Source: a bacterium (GTDB lineage Bacteria > Elusimicrobiota > Elusimicrobia > UBA1565 > UBA9628). From it: a stretch of 50,902 nt of DNA. Both the position numbers and the translations under genes were made by a program. The DNA lies in assembly GCA_021810245.1 (NCBI GenBank), contig JAJZJF010000005.1, positions 1 through 50,902 on the forward strand, read 5' to 3'. The notes beneath the pieces are model-generated. The model worked only from the letters and a program-made list of their open reading frames with translations, made no database searches and was not told where the DNA came from. Shown here piece by piece: positions 46,799 through 50,902 of this stretch (position 1 is the first letter of the stretch; every line of letters begins with the position of its first letter).

Positions 46799-48609
46799 GC
46801 TTTCTCCCTGGCCCGATAAGAGAGACCTTTGTATTCCAAGGTGGCGCCGGGATAAAGAACTTGGCACTTCCCGGGAGTGATAAAAAGGAGAGCGGCCTCT
46901 GAAACAACGAAGCGGCAACGACCGCCATTGCGGGGCATAAGTCCAAGATCGCTTGCATCGCAAGGGATTTCCTGAATCGGGCAAAAAACGTCGTGCTTTT
47001 TGCTGGAAAGGACGAGGCCCAGCAGCTGCCGCGCCGTTTGCGGCTGTTTGACCGTCAAATTAACCGGCGCGGAATCTGAGGCCAATCGAGTTTCTAAAGT
47101 CGGCGCGGCGCCTGAAAATAAACCAATCTGATACTCAACGGCGCCACCGAGATTGAGGATGTCGCCATCTTCCAGGCGCGAACGCGTCAGCGCTTCTCCA
47201 CGGTGTTTGGTTCCATTGGTGCTGTCCAAATCCTCGGCAACTACAGAATTTCCCATCAGACTGATTTTGAGGTGCTTGCGGCTGATCCGCTCGTCATCAA
47301 TCTCGATATCGGTCTCAATGCGGCCTATTGTCAAAACATCGGCTTTAATAATGATAATTTTCTTCCCCACTTTCTCTGGGATAAGAAAGAGACGATGGGT
47401 TTTGCGTGAGTCCTCCAGATCGCGCCTGAGCGCTCCGGCGCGGGAATTGACGGGATTGAGGCTGAGAGCTTTCTCGATATTATCCTGCGCCGCGCGGACA
47501 TCGTTTTCGGATAGATTTCTATGCGCCGCTTCAATCAAATCATTGGAACGCGCAATTTTATCTTGCGCCAAGCGGGCAACTTCTCCTTCAAGCCGATTAT
47601 AGATGGCTTTGAGGCCTGGATGGTAGGGAAGAAGCGTTTTTAAACGATCGCCATTGTCGATATCTTCAGGGATAAGCGTTTTCCCTGATGACTGCGACTC
47701 GCGCAGCGCCAGATCAAGTTTTTTATATTCAACCTGAGCTTGTTGAAATTTCTGGGGATCTCCACCGGTCCAATCCATCAGCCTTTGGCGAAAGGCATAG
47801 AGATCGTTGTTGTCTGGCAACACCCACAGGCAGGAATCAACGAGGCGCAAGGCGGCCATGACATCCCCATTTCCCCAATAGCGCTCAAGGCTTTCAAAGG
47901 CCGATGGAAGTCCCTGAACCATCCGGCGGCGTTTCAACGTGAAATAAAATTCCTGTCCAATGAGAAAAATAAAACAGCAGGCGAAAAGGGTGGAAGAGGT
48001 TTTAAACCCTGAACGGACATTGCGGCGTGTCTGAAGAAAACGGCTTGAGAGCCCCGGCGGAGTCAATGCGCTGGCGGCTGAAATAAGAATTTTCCCACGA
48101 GCGTCTAAAATGCGAATTTCGGCCTCGTAATCGAGGAGCATTCCAGGCACTGGGCGTAAACGGGCTTGAGACACATAGACGCTTTTTAATTTCCCCGCTT
48201 CGACGATCCGGAGAACCGCCTCCGGATCCACCAATCCCTTTTTCATAAGGACATTGACTTGTGAGACTAATTGGGACATGTCCGCCGCCGGCGCGAGCAA
48301 TCGCCAACCGGGATAGCCGATGAGCGTGGCATTGAGGTCGTCTTTAAGCGCCTGCAGATTGGGGATGTCATCGGAATTTCTAGCGGAGATATTGATCTCG
48401 TCAATGGAGGCCAGCCCTCCGTGCAATTTTAGATGAGCCGCTTGTTTTTGAATGCTGCGCGAAAGCGCCTGAAGGGCTGGTCCCATGGGAATAAAGGGCG
48501 GCGGCGGAACCGATAGATTTTGCCAGGCCCAGGCGGATAAAATAAGAAAAACCGCCATTGCCGACATAAGAATTTTACGGCGCTTGCCGTAAATATCGGG
48601 CAAAGACAT
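46795..48609 (-). CDS. Membrane FHA-domain protein with TPR-like region
   Basis: Two TMs; TIGR, ISRKH, DLDSTNGT, L.DGD FHA motifs. Confidence 0.88.
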   Translation of the reverse strand: MSLPDIYGKRRKILMSAMAVFLILSAWAWQNLSVPPPPFIPMGPALQALSRSIQKQAAHLKLHGGLASIDEINISARNSDDIPNLQALKDDLNATLIGYPGWRLLAPAADMSQLVSQVNVLMKKGLVDPEAVLRIVEAGKLKSVYVSQARLRPVPGMLLDYEAEIRILDARGKILISAASALTPPGLSSRFLQTRRNVRSGFKTSSTLFACCFIFLIGQEFYFTLKRRRMVQGLPSAFESLERYWGNGDVMAALRLVDSCLWVLPDNNDLYAFRQRLMDWTGGDPQKFQQAQVEYKKLDLALRESQSSGKTLIPEDIDNGDRLKTLLPYHPGLKAIYNRLEGEVARLAQDKIARSNDLIEAAHRNLSENDVRAAQDNIEKALSLNPVNSRAGALRRDLEDSRKTHRLFLIPEKVGKKIIIIKADVLTIGRIETDIEIDDERISRKHLKISLMGNSVVAEDLDSTNGTKHRGEALTRSRLEDGDILNLGGAVEYQIGLFSGAAPTLETRLASDSAPVNLTVKQPQTARQLLGLVLSSKKHDVFCPIQEIPCDASDLGLMPRNGGRCRFVVSEAALLFITPGKCQVLYPGATLEYKGLSYRAREKA

Positions 48610-48670
48610 TCTACACCCTCCCGTCGCTTTTAAATGTCAGTTCAGCGGTATTAATAGAATCCTGACAAGT

Positions 48671-48698
48671 AGTGTAACAGGAATTGTTGATTTGTCAA
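48671..48698 (-). promoter_or_regulatory. Candidate promoter of the FHA/kinase cassette
   Basis: Minus strand TTGACA, 16 bp, TACACT, flanked by the TGACAA/TTGTCA inverted repeat (48663-48697). Confidence 0.45.
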
Positions 48699-49133
48699 TA
48701 TTCGGCGAGCCGACACCATTTCGCCATGAGCGTATGAATCGAGGACAGTCTCCCTAAATCCCATGAGGCCAAACGGCGCGGGAATTAAGTAACTTGTCAC
48801 CGTAAGGCGTCGCAAAATAATCCTGATTCAGGCTGGATGACACCTAAATTTGAATAAAACCGCTATTTAAACGTCCAATCAACCGAACAAACTCGCCTTT
48901 TTTATTGTTTCTCAACGGAGAGCAATCTGTTATTTCTAATGGTAATGTGTGGATTTTAAGGTCATTTTAGGCTTTTAAGGCGTTTTAGGCGTCAAAATAT
49001 CCACGAGACCGAACAGAATTTGTGGGGGTAACCGAACAGCTTCTAAAACCTGGGAGGGTTGTCGGCAATCTGAAATTGGTCTTGCGGGGAATGCGGGCGT
49101 CCGCTAAACGACAGAGAGAGGCGAAACCGGGTA

Positions 49134-50696
49134 TTACGTCGCGGACAGCATTCGCTTGGAATTAAGCCGCAGTCTGCCATTTTTCTTTTCAATAATGAAC
49201 CGAGTCAAATCCTCGGCTCTGAATCGACGTCCCTTGCCGATTTCAACGGAAGGCAATATTCCTTGGGCGGCCAGCCGGGAAATCATGCTAGGGTCTTTGT
49301 ATCCGAGAATAGCCGCGGCTTCTTCAGCCGTGAAAAGAGCGGCGAGTGCAGTCACTTCGTTTTTGAGAAACACGGTGCGCGAACCGATTTTAAAGGGATG
49401 AAGATGCTCAGCCTTAATCCACCCCACGTAAAGCTGCGTCCGATGAATTCTCAACTTGGCGCAGGTCTCGGCCACGCTGTAGAATAAATCTTTCGCCGAA
49501 TCCGAATTCAAATTCGTCTCAAGCGCGGCGTCTAATCCCTCCAGTCTCGCCTCGTCCAACTCAAGACCGCTCAACTTTAAGGCATGACGGAAAAGTTCCA
49601 AACGGATCGCTTTGTCCGGCCATGCTTGAGCGGGAAGCGTTTTCGCGGGGCCGCCGCTTCCAAAGCGGCGCCCATAATCTTCAAGCAAATCTTTTTCCTT
49701 GAAGTTGTAGTACGCCAGAGTCTCCTCGACATTCATATGCCGCGCCAGTTTTTGAACTCTCTTGGCATCCAGGCCGGATTCAACCCATTCGCTAATCCTT
49801 GTGTGGCGCAGATAATGAGTGCGCCCGACATATTCATGAGGCAAGCCCGCTTCTTGCGCCATCGGAATATAGACTTGATCCCGGTAGACCGCGCTGCTGA
49901 GAGCTTTGCCTTTTTTATTGCAGAAGATGACTCTGCCGACTACTTTTTTTGATTTTGGCGTCAAAACCTCCTCCGCCTCTATATTTTTTTGCCCCAGATA
50001 TTTATCGCGCGCGTCCAAATACCGTTTAAGATATCCGCAACCCAAAGGAGTCAAATAGGCCGTATCCTCAAACCCTGCGGCACGGTCTTTTGATTCACGG
50101 ATTACGATGGGAACAATCCCGCCGGGGTTCTGCCTAGACCAGAGAATGTCCTTTTCCGATAGGCGCGCGACTTCGGAAGCGCGCAAAGCCGCGTCATACT
50201 GAACCGCGATCATCGCCTTATCTCGAAGGTATAAGAATCTTCCCTCATCATTGAGACTAGACAATCGTTTTTCATCTATACCTAAAAGTCCATCGCGCTC
50301 ATCCGAACTTAAACGACGATATTCTTCATCTTTGATCGGCGCGGGAGCTTTGACGCCCCTCGCGATGTTTTCTGGAATCAAGCCCTGGCTATGCGCGGCT
50401 TTGAACAGACCTTTTAGATTCATCAGCAAAACTCGAATAGTCCGAGTTTTTATTTCACCCGCAGCTTGCCGCAGATCCAGGCTTTTCCGCAGATCCTGGA
50501 AGTCCTCGACATTAAAATCGCTGAGACTTTTCAGGACTCGCCCGGGGTGGGCTTTAACGATCTCGCGACAAAGCGCCGCGAAAGCGTTGCGATAGCCGTC
50601 TGCCGTCCCTGGACTTAAGGGTTCGCCGCTCCGCTGGTGGCGATAGTCAGAAATCACTTGCTCAAGCTGGGTTGAAAGGCTCTTTTGCGTTTTCAT
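49134..50696 (-). CDS. Tyrosine recombinase with two C-terminal excisionase-like HTH domains
   Basis: ALRASE, SK, HYLRHT, ARH, YY; then YSVAETCAKL.. and FTAEEAAAILG..G.LP...G..RRF; start ATG 50696 behind GGAGG. Confidence 0.88.
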   Translation of the reverse strand: MKTQKSLSTQLEQVISDYRHQRSGEPLSPGTADGYRNAFAALCREIVKAHPGRVLKSLSDFNVEDFQDLRKSLDLRQAAGEIKTRTIRVLLMNLKGLFKAAHSQGLIPENIARGVKAPAPIKDEEYRRLSSDERDGLLGIDEKRLSSLNDEGRFLYLRDKAMIAVQYDAALRASEVARLSEKDILWSRQNPGGIVPIVIRESKDRAAGFEDTAYLTPLGCGYLKRYLDARDKYLGQKNIEAEEVLTPKSKKVVGRVIFCNKKGKALSSAVYRDQVYIPMAQEAGLPHEYVGRTHYLRHTRISEWVESGLDAKRVQKLARHMNVEETLAYYNFKEKDLLEDYGRRFGSGGPAKTLPAQAWPDKAIRLELFRHALKLSGLELDEARLEGLDAALETNLNSDSAKDLFYSVAETCAKLRIHRTQLYVGWIKAEHLHPFKIGSRTVFLKNEVTALAALFTAEEAAAILGYKDPSMISRLAAQGILPSVEIGKGRRFRAEDLTRFIIEKKNGRLRLNSKRMLSAT

Positions 50697-50712
50697 AGAG
50701 CCTCCGGAGACA

Positions 50713-50735
50713 AAAACGCACACAAAAGCGCACAC
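50713..50735. repeat. Putative arm-type site (right end of island 2)
   Basis: Matches 37475-37497. Confidence 0.75.
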
Positions 50736-50824
50736 TTAAAAATGGCTATTTTATGGGAAGCGCATTCCCCGTATTCTCGAAAAAATCCATTTTCAGAGGG
50801 AAAAATGTTAAGATAAACTTCAAC

Positions 50825-50901
50825 GGCGCGTTCGTCTAGCGGCCCAGGACGCTGCCCTCTCAAGGCAGAGACCACGGGTTCAAATCCCGTACGCGCCACC
50901 A
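50825..50901 (+). tRNA. tRNA-Glu(CTC)
   Basis: GGCGCGT..CTGCC-CT-CTC-AA-GGCAG..ACGGG-TTCAAAT-CCCGT-ACGCGCC-A-CCA; extended -10 TGTTAAGAT at 50806-50814. Confidence 0.97.
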
Positions 50902-50902
50902 A

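Larger units (their letters stand above)
37246..50888. mobile_element. Genomic island 2 (kinase/FHA island) integrated in tRNA-Glu
   Basis: 114-bp perfect direct repeat 37246-37359 = 50775-50888; recombinase genes at both ends; CGCACAC paired sites inside both ends. Confidence 0.92.

Noticed and set aside
45872-46819. 315-aa plus-strand ORF
   Set aside because: Antisense to the coupled secreted-protein gene
37246-50888. Prophage call for either island
   Set aside because: No capsid, terminase, tail or lysis genes recognised

Overview
Chromosomal window of a diderm bacterium (Tol-Pal genes present; taxon not determinable from the sequence alone). Housekeeping stretches: hybrid histidine kinase, tryptophanase, deoxyhypusine-synthase-like/agmatinase pair, protein disulfide oxidoreductase, ADH, rhodanese, ugd, GT2, tolB/cpoB/pal, an acyltransferase-PPTase fusion and FabD. 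Two tRNA-integrated islands interrupt them. Island 1 (~7370-24243, tRNA-Ala(CGC)) is a defence island: integrase, AlbA/Schlafen-ATPase protein, an IS3 element, and a type I R-M operon with four inserted genes, including a nucleotidyltransferase/wHTH pair and an ApeA-like HEPN candidate at the prrC position. Island 2 (~37246-50888, tRNA-Glu(CTC)) carries two tyrosine recombinases and a co-oriented receptor-kinase cassette. The cassette holds two membrane Ser/Thr kinases with a nearly identical kinase module but unrelated sensor N-termini (one a 7-blade WD40 propeller with near-identical repeats and hypervariable surface positions), a membrane FHA protein, a secreted LPP20-like protein and a PD-(D/E)XK nuclease-like gene. 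Both islands duplicate the 5' part of the target tRNA rather than the usual 3' end. Island 2 leaves a chimeric tRNA ending in a foreign tRNA 3' end, possibly a snapshot of attachment-site switching. Product calls come from motif recognition by eye; no database searches were run.
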